Shown here one piece after another: positions 17,647-26,580 of a stretch of DNA of 62,915 bases. Every line of letters begins with the position of its first letter. Position 1 is the stretch's first letter. Source of the stretch: a virus (lineage: Duplodnaviria > Caudoviricetes). The stretch spans positions 1 through 62,915 of IMG/VR virus record IMGVR_UViG_3300002920_000013; one strand, given 5' to 3'. The notes below the pieces were generated by a model, which was not told the DNA's origin, did no database searches, and saw only the letters and a list, made by a program, of their open reading frames with translations. Position numbers and translations under genes: made by a program.

Positions 17647-18003
17647 ATGCCATACATTTATGATATGAATGATTGCTATGAAAGGGGAGAAATAGAATTA
17701 GAAGTGCCAGGTTGGAAAGGTGAAAATTCTAAAAATCTTATTATTGAATATGGATTTTCTAATATAAATGGTCACATATATTTAATATGGCACTTAAAAG
17801 GAATAGAACATTATTTTCGTATAAGTAAATATGAAATGGAATACTATAAAATAAGTGATTTAAAAAAGCATTTTATAGAAACTTTAACATTTTTTAGGGA
17901 AGATTTTTTAGAATGGCTAACTGATATATCTTTTGATAATAATAATCCATCTTGGAAATATGAATATATTGAATTATTTAAGAAATATGTCGTTATCTCT
18001 TAA
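17647..18003 (+). CDS. Hypothetical protein
   Basis: ORF in operon orientation. Confidence 0.6.
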   Translation: MPYIYDMNDCYERGEIELEVPGWKGENSKNLIIEYGFSNINGHIYLIWHLKGIEHYFRISKYEMEYYKISDLKKHFIETLTFFREDFLEWLTDISFDNNNPSWKYEYIELFKKYVVIS

Positions 18004-18568
18004 AAAAGAACACGAGAATAAAATGCAAAATAATATGTATGAAAAATCTAATACCTTAAAGGAGATTGAAAAAGAACAAAAAAAATATTCTAAATATTAT
18101 GAATGGAGGACTGGTGATAAAATGGGAGAAATTGTAGAATTTTCACATACAGAAATAGGAGATGATGGAAATGAATATTTAGTGTTTAAAAATAATGAAA
18201 GGGCTAATTCCTCTGTTGTTGGACAATTTATAATTGAAGTAGATGAATTTTATGCAATGGATATATTATCTATGAATAGGGAAAAAGAACTTTTAAAGGA
18301 AAAAAATAAAATAGAAAATCAAAAATCAATAGATAATTCAGAAAAAATAAATCCATTATACAATAGTATTTTTAGTCTTTTAAAATGTGAAGAACAATTA
18401 TTTAATATTGATGTTAAATTGTTACTCCCATCGTTAGGCGCTCTACAATTTATTTTACAAAATTTTAATATAACAGAGGAAGATACAAAAAATTTTATAA
18501 AATCTAAGATTGAAAATCAATTAAAAAATATTGTTGATATTTTATATGATAAATATATGAATTTATAA
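17987..18568 (+). CDS. Hypothetical protein
   Basis: ORF-track 17933..18568; ATG 17987 or a later ATG is more plausible. Confidence 0.55.
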   Translation: MSLSLKKEHENKMQNNMYEKSNTLKEIEKEQKKYSKYYEWRTGDKMGEIVEFSHTEIGDDGNEYLVFKNNERANSSVVGQFIIEVDEFYAMDILSMNREKELLKEKNKIENQKSIDNSEKINPLYNSIFSLLKCEEQLFNIDVKLLLPSLGALQFILQNFNITEEDTKNFIKSKIENQLKNIVDILYDKYMNL

Positions 18569-18581
18569 AAAATATTTTCAA

Positions 18582-19106
18582 ATGAATAATTTTATTTATG
18601 AAAATGAAAATTTTTCGCTCTCTCTTGAAGAAGATTTTCCAAGAATTTTTCTAAAAAAATTAAATGTAATGGTATTGCCATATACAAAAGAAGAAAATTC
18701 TGAAAATATTAAAAATTTTTTATTTATTAAAGAACGAAATATTACAAGAAATGATAAATTTTCTATAAATTTAATAACAGGAATAATAGAATATGAAGAA
18801 AATGTAATACAAACTATTTGTAGAAAATTACAAGAAGATGGTGGTATTCTATTACCCGAAAACCTTTCTGAAATTAAAATAAATTATTTAGGTTTTCATT
18901 ATACAAACAAATGGAGTAATGAAAAATATCCACTTTTTTGTGTAGATATAACAGGTTTTAAACAAATTAGTTCAGAAGTTAATGAACAAAAAGAAAGTGA
19001 AAAAGAAGTTATTTTTTTAGAACCTTCAAAAGTTCCTTTAAATGAATCTCTTGTAAATTCTGCTATTTATCTTTTTATTAAAAAATCATTTATGAAATTT
19101 AATTAA
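18582..19106 (+). CDS. Nudix-fold protein with degenerate Nudix box
   Basis: VMVLPY, then G-IIEYE-E-NVIQTIC-RKLQEDGG against the canonical GX5EX7REUXEEXGU. Confidence 0.65.
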   Translation: MNNFIYENENFSLSLEEDFPRIFLKKLNVMVLPYTKEENSENIKNFLFIKERNITRNDKFSINLITGIIEYEENVIQTICRKLQEDGGILLPENLSEIKINYLGFHYTNKWSNEKYPLFCVDITGFKQISSEVNEQKESEKEVIFLEPSKVPLNESLVNSAIYLFIKKSFMKFN

Positions 19107-19110
19107 AATT

Positions 19111-19350
19111 ATGGAAAATTTTTTATTAAAAAAAATGAAAAAGAATCAAGAAAAAATTTTGTCTGGAAAAAAGATACAAAAATACAGATATGATTTATTG
19201 CAAAACGAACAGATAGAAAGAGATAATCAATGGTACATAAAAAGATTACAATTTTATGAAAATTTATATGGTGAAGAACAAGCAAAAGAAATAGTAAATA
19301 GGGAATATGAAAAAGATTTAAAAAGAAGATTGAAAAAAAATAAAAAATAA
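19111..19350 (+). CDS. Hypothetical basic protein
   Basis: Last ORF before a terminator. Confidence 0.55.
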   Translation: MENFLLKKMKKNQEKILSGKKIQKYRYDLLQNEQIERDNQWYIKRLQFYENLYGEEQAKEIVNREYEKDLKRRLKKNKK

Positions 19351-19368
19351 AATAAATTTTATTTGTAT

Positions 19369-19395
19369 AAAAGGGATAAATTCTATCCCTTTTTT
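19369..19395 (+). terminator. Intrinsic terminator
   Basis: AAAAGGGATA-aattc-TATCCCTTTTTT. Confidence 0.85.
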
Positions 19396-19403
19396 ATTTT
19401 TTT

Positions 19404-19411
19404 GATAAATA
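19404..19411 (+). promoter_or_regulatory. Putative late promoter of the baseplate operon
   Basis: GATAAATA directly after the terminator. Confidence 0.6.
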
Positions 19412-19435
19412 ATAATAATTTAAAATAAATTATGA

Positions 19436-19828
19436 ATGAATTTTTACGTTTCTTTTAAACCTATAGATGAATTAAAAAAATATATTTTTAACGTAAAAAA
19501 ACAATTTACAATAGATGTTATAAATATTTTTAAAGAATATAGGTATAACATTAAAGAAAATAATAATAAATTTAAAGAAATTTTAATAAATAGAAAAATA
19601 GAAAATTTATTAGATTATTCTATATCAAGAAAATTTGATAATATTATTTATTCAAATCCATATTTAGGAGAAGAAACATTATTTAATTTATTAAGCCGTA
19701 TTCAATCTAAATCTATTCAATATGAATTTATATTTTTAACAGAATACGAAAAAAATAAAGAATTTTACAAATATTTTGACAAAATTATTTTTTATTTAGA
19801 AATTAAAAAAATGAGGATTTTTAATTAA
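19436..19828 (+). CDS. Hypothetical protein
   Basis: First ORF after a late-promoter motif. Confidence 0.55.
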   Translation: MNFYVSFKPIDELKKYIFNVKKQFTIDVINIFKEYRYNIKENNNKFKEILINRKIENLLDYSISRKFDNIIYSNPYLGEETLFNLLSRIQSKSIQYEFIFLTEYEKNKEFYKYFDKIIFYLEIKKMRIFN

Positions 19829-19852
19829 ATATAGAATAAAAATAAAAATATA

Positions 19853-21922
19853 ATGTCTTCTGTTAGGCCACCAAAAACTGAAAAAGGAATTAGTGCAATT
19901 TCTACAAGAGCTAAAAACCCTCCTGCGGATTTATATGAAGAACAAACTGGAATGAGTATGCTTACTAATTCTTTAAGTAGTTTAACAAAAAAAAATGAAG
20001 AAGAAAATCAAACTGAATATACTGGCAAAGTTTTAAGTATTCTTAGTGGTTCTTTGAGTAGTCTAAGAAAAAAAGAAGATATAAATCAACTAAAAACTAC
20101 AACAAATTCTCCCGAAGATTTAAAAATTCCAAAAGCACAAACTTTTGACCAAAGATTGCTATTTGCATTTGATGCTGAAACAGGAAAAATTTCTACATCT
20201 CTCAATTCTGCATTAGAAGAACCCTTAACAGATGGTATGATGTTAAAAGAAAGAGATGAAGAGGGTGAATATTTAGTTTCTTGGAAAGATTTTACAAAAG
20301 ATAATCTTTTAAATGAATTTTATGGTGTTCCATCTATTATGAACGAAAATGCTTATGTAAATCTTCAAGCGTGCGGTGGGAAATTAAATAATAGATATTT
20401 ATTTGATAGTAAAGATGGAAAAAGATGGTATAATTCAACAGAAAAAACAAAAAATGATGGTAAGGGTGTTCAGCCTTCTGCAACTCCTACCGTAAGTGAA
20501 ATTGTTGAATGGAGCAAACAAGAGGAAAATATAAACAAATTCCCATATAAATTTCAAGATTTTGCCTTTTGTAAATATTGGCAAAAAATACCAAATAATT
20601 ATTTGATAACTCTTAGAAGATACCCATATCCTGTAAATGATGCTGTTGATTTAGGAAAAGATACACTTCAATTTAAATCTGCATTAAGACCTGTTTCAAC
20701 TATGGTTACTTGGCTTGGGGAAGCAACAGGAAATCCTATAACAAATATTTTGGGTCCTATTGAAACAAGTCTTAGATGGGGAGAAGCCAAAGCAGATGTT
20801 TGGCAAGTAACTACAACAAAAGAACCTGGAGGCGTGAATAACCCAGCTCCTCAAGCGGCAAAAGTATTAGCTGCTTTACAAGGTGGATTGCAATCTTTAC
20901 GTAAAAAGCCAGCACCAATGATGCCTCCAGACCCATATTCTAATGGACCTTATGCAAATAAAGTTTATGGACCCGTGAATGTTATAGATAAAGTTAAAAA
21001 GAGAGAAAGGGGTATGGATTTTAAACATAGTATAAATCTTGTTTTTGAATATGTTGCAAGACCTTATGGTGGAATAAATACAAAGGCAGCTGCACTTGAT
21101 ATATTAGGAAATATTCTTTTAACTTGTAGTGCAACGGCTCCATTTTGGGGAGGCGTGAACAGATTTATGCCAACTGCTGGACAAGGAACTGGTGATCCTT
21201 TTTTAGGAGGACCTGCAGGAAGAAAAGCTTGGATTCAAGCAAATCCTGAAAAATTTTTATCTGCATTACAGAAACAATTTACTGATATTTATGACAATAT
21301 AAAAGGAATTTTTGAACAACTTATGGGAAATCCCATAGAAGGACTTAGACAACTTGCAAAAGATGGCGCAAAAGATTTTATGAAATATTCTACAACTGAT
21401 GCAAGGTCAATGGTGCAAGGTATTCGTTCCCTTCTTACAGGTGAACCTGTTGGTGAATGGCACGTAATGGTAGGAGCCCCGCACAATCCTATTATGATGA
21501 TTGGGAATTTAATTTGTACAAATTGTAAAATAGAATTTGGAAATGAATTAGGTCCTGATGATTTTCCTCTTGAAATAAAAGCAACAATTACATTAGAACA
21601 CGGAATGCCAAGGGACCGTGCAGCAATTGAGTCTATGTTTAATAAAGGAAGAGGACGTATTTATGCACTTCCTAAAGGTTATGAAGAATCATTTAGTAGT
21701 GTAAATGAAACAAAAGTTGATAAAGCAACAGGTAAAAAACTTGGAGAAAGATTAAAACAAATTGAAAAAGCACTTGTTGGTTCCAGAAAAACTGCTCTAT
21801 ATGGATTAGGTTTTGATAATCCAGAAAAAGAAAATAAAAGTCAAAGTTCATTAAATAGTCCTGCACCAACAATAAAACAAACAAATAAAAATAATGCCGC
21901 AGTACCCAAGCCAAAAAAATAA
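19853..21922 (+). CDS. Putative baseplate/tail-tube initiator protein
   Basis: IPNNYLITLRRYPYP and PVGEWHVMVGAPHNPIMMIGNLIC...FPLEIKATITLEHG. Sits directly before gp53- and gp27-like genes. Confidence 0.55.
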   Translation: MSSVRPPKTEKGISAISTRAKNPPADLYEEQTGMSMLTNSLSSLTKKNEEENQTEYTGKVLSILSGSLSSLRKKEDINQLKTTTNSPEDLKIPKAQTFDQRLLFAFDAETGKISTSLNSALEEPLTDGMMLKERDEEGEYLVSWKDFTKDNLLNEFYGVPSIMNENAYVNLQACGGKLNNRYLFDSKDGKRWYNSTEKTKNDGKGVQPSATPTVSEIVEWSKQEENINKFPYKFQDFAFCKYWQKIPNNYLITLRRYPYPVNDAVDLGKDTLQFKSALRPVSTMVTWLGEATGNPITNILGPIETSLRWGEAKADVWQVTTTKEPGGVNNPAPQAAKVLAALQGGLQSLRKKPAPMMPPDPYSNGPYANKVYGPVNVIDKVKKRERGMDFKHSINLVFEYVARPYGGINTKAAALDILGNILLTCSATAPFWGGVNRFMPTAGQGTGDPFLGGPAGRKAWIQANPEKFLSALQKQFTDIYDNIKGIFEQLMGNPIEGLRQLAKDGAKDFMKYSTTDARSMVQGIRSLLTGEPVGEWHVMVGAPHNPIMMIGNLICTNCKIEFGNELGPDDFPLEIKATITLEHGMPRDRAAIESMFNKGRGRIYALPKGYEESFSSVNETKVDKATGKKLGERLKQIEKALVGSRKTALYGLGFDNPEKENKSQSSLNSPAPTIKQTNKNNAAVPKPKK

Positions 21923-21927
21923 TTTTT

Positions 21928-22521
21928 ATGATAGAATATAGAATTACACAAGATGATAAACCTATTATTAAAGATAAAAATGGTGAGGAATATGTAGACC
22001 TTATACAAAGAGATTTTAAAAGGGAAAAAAAGGAAAAAATTATAAATTTTTATGTAGTTAAAGAAGAGGATATTTGTAGACCTGATATTATTGCTATTAA
22101 AATGTATGTTTCACAAGATGATACTGAATTATTTTTAAAAAGTAATGAAATAAGTAATCCTTTTTCTATTGAGCCTGGAGAAATTTTTTATCATTTTGAT
22201 AAAATTACAATAGAGGAATCCGCAAATAATTTTTCAGAATTAGAAATTAAAAAAGATATAAGAAATCAATATATTAAACCTGAAAAGGCTTCTAAAATAG
22301 ACCCTAAATTAAAAGAATTTGTAAATAGAGAAGATGTTTCAAAATTAGAAAATAAAAATCTTAATCTTCCACCAAATTTTGCAAAATTTGGTGATTTAGA
22401 GGTTAAAATAGAGAGCGGTAAAATTGTTTTTGGTGATGATGTTACAAGAAACAATAAAGATTGTGGGAAACCTCTTAGCAAGAGTGAATTACTTGCTAAA
22501 ATAATTAAAAATAGGATATAA
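21928..22521 (+). CDS. Baseplate wedge protein, gp53/LysM-like
   Basis: YVVKEEDICRPDIIAIKMY...NEISNPFSIEPGE. Confidence 0.65.
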   Translation: MIEYRITQDDKPIIKDKNGEEYVDLIQRDFKREKKEKIINFYVVKEEDICRPDIIAIKMYVSQDDTELFLKSNEISNPFSIEPGEIFYHFDKITIEESANNFSELEIKKDIRNQYIKPEKASKIDPKLKEFVNREDVSKLENKNLNLPPNFAKFGDLEVKIESGKIVFGDDVTRNNKDCGKPLSKSELLAKIIKNRI

Positions 22522-23360
22522 TGAAACTTGATGAAAAATCAATAATAAGGTCTATTTTTGAACCTACAATTCCCATAGACAAAATGGAAATTAGGGATAC
22601 ATCTACAAAAACAGGTGATGAATATAATCCAAAACAAAAAGGGGAGGAGAGCGGTGAAAGAATAGAAAATATGTTAGGTATAGATTATCCTTTTATAATG
22701 ATAAATAATTATCATTTTGATGAAAAAGAAATCATTTTTTTTGAAATAATTGAAGAAGGATTTTTACCTACTTGTACATTCATATTTAAACTTGTTAAAA
22801 CAGACCTTTTTTCTGGAAAGGCATTCCCAAAAGATGGTGATATTCTTAATGTTTTTATACGTGCAAAAAATGACCAATTTAAACCTATTCGTAATGATTT
22901 TTTAATACTTTCTTGTGATGCAGGTGAAGGTGGTACAGAAAATCTTGGTAGAGAAATTGTTATTACAGGAGAATTATTTATACCAAGAATTAAAGACCAA
23001 ATACTTAAATCATATAAAGGAACAAGTTTTAAAGTTTTGCAAGAAATAGCTAAGGAATTAGGTCTTGGATTTGCAACAAATGAAACAAATACAGACGATG
23101 AACAAACTTGGTTATGTGCAAATGAAAATTACATAAATATTATTAAAAATATTGCAAAACATTCTTGGAAAAATGTAGAAAGTTTTTACAAAGTGTTTAT
23201 AGATTGTTATTATCATCTTAATTTTGTAAATGTAAATAATCAATTAACAGCAGAAGAAATTGTGGCTGAGCAACTTATAGATATACCAGGTGTTAAAAAT
23301 TATTATTCAGGCCATAAAAATGATACTAAAAATACACAATATGTTGATAGAAAATTTTAA
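22521..23360 (+). CDS. Baseplate hub protein (gp27/GpD-like), N-terminal part
   Basis: SYKGTSFKVLQEIAKELGLGF, DEQTW and FIDCYYHLNFVNV. Appears to continue in the -1 frame. Confidence 0.6.
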   Translation: MKLDEKSIIRSIFEPTIPIDKMEIRDTSTKTGDEYNPKQKGEESGERIENMLGIDYPFIMINNYHFDEKEIIFFEIIEEGFLPTCTFIFKLVKTDLFSGKAFPKDGDILNVFIRAKNDQFKPIRNDFLILSCDAGEGGTENLGREIVITGELFIPRIKDQILKSYKGTSFKVLQEIAKELGLGFATNETNTDDEQTWLCANENYINIIKNIAKHSWKNVESFYKVFIDCYYHLNFVNVNNQLTAEEIVAEQLIDIPGVKNYYSGHKNDTKNTQYVDRKF

Positions 23361-23389
23361 TAAATCTTGATAGTTATAAAACTACTAAT

Positions 23390-24103
23390 ATGTTTATTAC
23401 AGGTCATAAAACAATAAATGAAAGTTCAAGAATAAATGAAAAATGGGGCTATAAAAGATACATACAATTTTTTGATTTAAAATCAAAAAAATATTGGGAA
23501 TTATTTATAGAACCTATAACAACTCCTGGTTCAGAAAAAGAAAAAATCATATTAAAAGGAAGAATAAATCCTAATAATACACCTTTTGATTCTTTAAATA
23601 AACTTGCAAAAAAACCTGATGAAAAAGATAGGAATCAAGAATCAAGAAATTATGCAGAAGATTTGTGGAAAACACAAAATAGATATGTTTGGAAAGGAAT
23701 ACAGAGTAAGAATGTTCATTCAAATTGGTTTTTTTCAGAGGAATATAATTTAAGAAATCTTGCTGAATTAGAAAAAATGTATTTAGAAGTAAAAATACAC
23801 AGATGGAATCCTAATATTTTTATGTTTGAAAAGCTTCCTGTAATCTTTTTTTCAACAAATACAGATTACACAAAAAATAGAGCAGTTACAAATAAAGAAG
23901 AGGAGGAAGTTATACAAAATAAAGATTTTAGGCCACCTCTTATTGACCATTTTAATTCTGGATTTTATGTAGTAACTGGGAAACGTATAATATATGAAAA
24001 AAATAATACAGATACAAGTAATTATCCTGATGCTGATGAATATGTAGGACCTTCAATGAAAGAAGTGATAAAATTAAGTAGGAGGGAATGGCCCGTTCCT
24101 TAA
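23390..24103 (+). CDS. Baseplate hub protein, C-terminal part (probable frameshifted continuation)
   Basis: Frame is open from 23351. SGFYVVTG...IKLSRRE is a typical hub C-terminus. Confidence 0.55.
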   Translation: MFITGHKTINESSRINEKWGYKRYIQFFDLKSKKYWELFIEPITTPGSEKEKIILKGRINPNNTPFDSLNKLAKKPDEKDRNQESRNYAEDLWKTQNRYVWKGIQSKNVHSNWFFSEEYNLRNLAELEKMYLEVKIHRWNPNIFMFEKLPVIFFSTNTDYTKNRAVTNKEEEEVIQNKDFRPPLIDHFNSGFYVVTGKRIIYEKNNTDTSNYPDADEYVGPSMKEVIKLSRREWPVP

Positions 24104-24122
24104 TGATAAATAAAATAAAAAT

Positions 24123-25688
24123 TTGATTTACACTGACTCCATAAGAAAAAAATTTTTATCAAGCGGTGGTTTTTTAAATCCCAATGATAAAATGAGCAAT
24201 TATCAAGATCCTACATATCTTGGATTTACAATAAAAATTGTGGATTCTCTAAATGATATAAATGACCTTGATAGTTTGCCTCACGGCCTTTTTTGTGTAA
24301 ATGGTGAAAAAAATGATTATAGTGCAATAAAATATTTAGAAACAAGAGGAGAAACCCTAAGAGCAAATTATTTAAGAGAATTTGAATATCTTTTTAAAAA
24401 AATATTGATAGAAAATCCCTGGTATTTTACAAAAATATCAGGGATTGGTGAATTATGGAAATTAGACCCCAAACAAAATTTTAGGGCAAAAGAAAAAAAG
24501 ATTACAATTGAAACAATGGAATCCTTAGATTTAAGGATAACAATGTTATTAGACCTTTATAGAAAAGCAGTTTTTGATAGTCAATGGATGCGCTGGGCAG
24601 TTCCAGAAAATCTTAGGTTTTTTAAAATGAATATTATTATTTCTGAAACAAGACTTTTAAAGATACAAGAAAAAACAAGAGAATCTATTTATGGAAAAGG
24701 ATATATTATTGATGAAACATTTTCAAGTGAAGGTTTAGATTATCCTGGTGCTTCTTCTCTACCCTGGACGACTGGAACATTTATTAAATTATCACTTGAA
24801 CAATGTGAAATTGATATAACTGATGCAGTTCCTCCTTTTTTAGAAGGATTAGGTACAGGTCCTGAAAATATGGCTGTAAATAAATTTTCAATAAAATTTG
24901 GAAAGGTGAGTGAAAAAAATGTTTATGGTTTATTGGGCGCAATTGTGGAAGAGACTAAAAATTGGTTAGACTATACTAAAAATAATATGTTTTTCCCGTC
25001 TGAGGTTGCAACAAAAACAGATAAGCCAAATACACAAATTCCAAGAGAGATTGTAGAAGAAAGTTTTTATCCTACTGATTATGTTTCAGGTGAAAAAGCA
25101 AGAAAAAATAAATATAAAGAATTTTTTCCTGAAAATCCTCAAGAATCCTCTGAAAAAATAATGAATTTTAATTTTAATAATATTTTTAAAAATCAAATGT
25201 CTTTAAAAGATTTTCCTAATTTTTTAGAAAAAATAAGTTTAAGTCCTCAAGATAAAATAAATCTTAATATTCTAAAAAGTGAATTTAATAATCTTAATGT
25301 AAATAGACTATTAAATGATAGCGGTTCAATAGACCTTTTGTTAAAAAATACCGCAAAATCTTTTGAAAATTATGCAAAAGGATTGACTAAACTTGACAAA
25401 AAAAAATTTGAAGCAGTTTTAAGTAAAAATCTTGGAACAAATATAAATGTAGGTGATTCTAATAGTATATTAAAAGGTTTGCAAAAATTTGCACCAAATA
25501 ATATTTTTAAAAATAATCCTGAAAAACCTGAAAAAACTTCAATAAATTTAGAAAAAAATGACAAAAATGTTGCAAAAGATTTTAAAAAAAATATATTAGA
25601 ATTAAAAAGCGGGATACAAAAAAATTTAAAAATAAATACTTTGTTAAAAACAGGAAGTAAAATAGAATTTAAAAAACCTAAAATATAA
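24123..25688 (+). CDS. Putative tail-tube/baseplate-associated structural protein
   Basis: DPTYLGF, PWYFTKISG, ETMESLDLRI and VPENLRFF; TTG start after GATAAATA at 24105-24112. Confidence 0.5.
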   Translation: MIYTDSIRKKFLSSGGFLNPNDKMSNYQDPTYLGFTIKIVDSLNDINDLDSLPHGLFCVNGEKNDYSAIKYLETRGETLRANYLREFEYLFKKILIENPWYFTKISGIGELWKLDPKQNFRAKEKKITIETMESLDLRITMLLDLYRKAVFDSQWMRWAVPENLRFFKMNIIISETRLLKIQEKTRESIYGKGYIIDETFSSEGLDYPGASSLPWTTGTFIKLSLEQCEIDITDAVPPFLEGLGTGPENMAVNKFSIKFGKVSEKNVYGLLGAIVEETKNWLDYTKNNMFFPSEVATKTDKPNTQIPREIVEESFYPTDYVSGEKARKNKYKEFFPENPQESSEKIMNFNFNNIFKNQMSLKDFPNFLEKISLSPQDKINLNILKSEFNNLNVNRLLNDSGSIDLLLKNTAKSFENYAKGLTKLDKKKFEAVLSKNLGTNINVGDSNSILKGLQKFAPNNIFKNNPEKPEKTSINLEKNDKNVAKDFKKNILELKSGIQKNLKINTLLKTGSKIEFKKPKI

Positions 25689-25689
25689 A

Positions 25690-26517
25690 ATGGAAAATCT
25701 TACAAAAGAAGAAATACAGAATAGAATTTTTTATGGGGAAGTAGTAGATGCAAATGATCCTGAATATGATGGGCGTTGCAAAATAAGAGTATTTGGTGCA
25801 TTTGATAAATTAAAAGATGAAGAATTGCCTTGGGCAGTTCCAGGAAACGGGAATATTTTTTCAGGAGATGGCGGAGGAGATATTTCAATTCCAAAAAAAG
25901 GTTCTATTGTTAGAGTAAGATTCCCAAGTGGTGAAATTTATTCACCAGAATGGGTATCAATGCCATATCTAAATGAATCTTTAAAATCTTTAATAAAAAA
26001 TAGTTATCTTGGTTCACAAGTTTTATTGTATGATGAAGAGGAACAACTTAAAATATTTTACACACCAAAAATATTTTAAGTTGTTCCTCTTCATCATACA
26101 ATAAAACTTAAAATATTTTACACACCAAAAATAGGTCTTGAAATAAATTTTGGTGATAGCAAATTTTTAATAAATCCAGACAAATCAATCACAATAGAAC
26201 ATAAAGATACACAAAGTATAATAGAACTACAAGGAAATGATATAAATATTACCTCTCAGGCTAATATAAATATTACGTGTCCTGATAAAATAGAAGAAAC
26301 AAGTACAAATTTAATTTTAAATGGGAAAAAATTAACACAACTTGGTCCTACAGGAAATATGAGTGGTGTTGGTTCAGAAGCATTGTTTTCCTTCTTAAAA
26401 GCACTTGCAAACACAGTGGATTCCAAATGGCCTGCAACACCTGGTTTAATGTCAAGTCTTGCAGAGGCAGCAGAAGCTGCATCTACATCAAAAGTTGTTA
26501 AAATAAGTGTTCCATAA
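25690..26517 (+). pseudogene. Baseplate central spike (gp5/VgrG-like OB-fold plus beta region), interrupted by an in-frame 60-bp insertion carrying TAA
   Basis: GEVVDANDPEYDGRCKIRVFG, LPWA and PKKGSIVRVRF mark the OB-fold. The same frame resumes after TAA 26077-26079 and runs to TAA 26515-26517. Confidence 0.75.
26018..26133. repeat. Perfect 42-bp inverted repeat overlapping a 29-bp direct repeat
   Basis: Inverted arms at 26018-26059 and 26068-26109; direct copies at 26045-26073 and 26105-26133. Confidence 0.95.
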
Positions 26518-26580
26518 ATAAACAATTTTAACATAAAATTTATATTTTTTTTAAAATCATTTTAATTTTTATTATGTTTT

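Noticed and set aside
26018-26109. MITE/IS ends, recombinase-driven inverton or terminator
   Set aside because: The arms are an inverted copy of adjacent coding sequence with only 8 nt between them, and there is no transposase or recombinase nearby.
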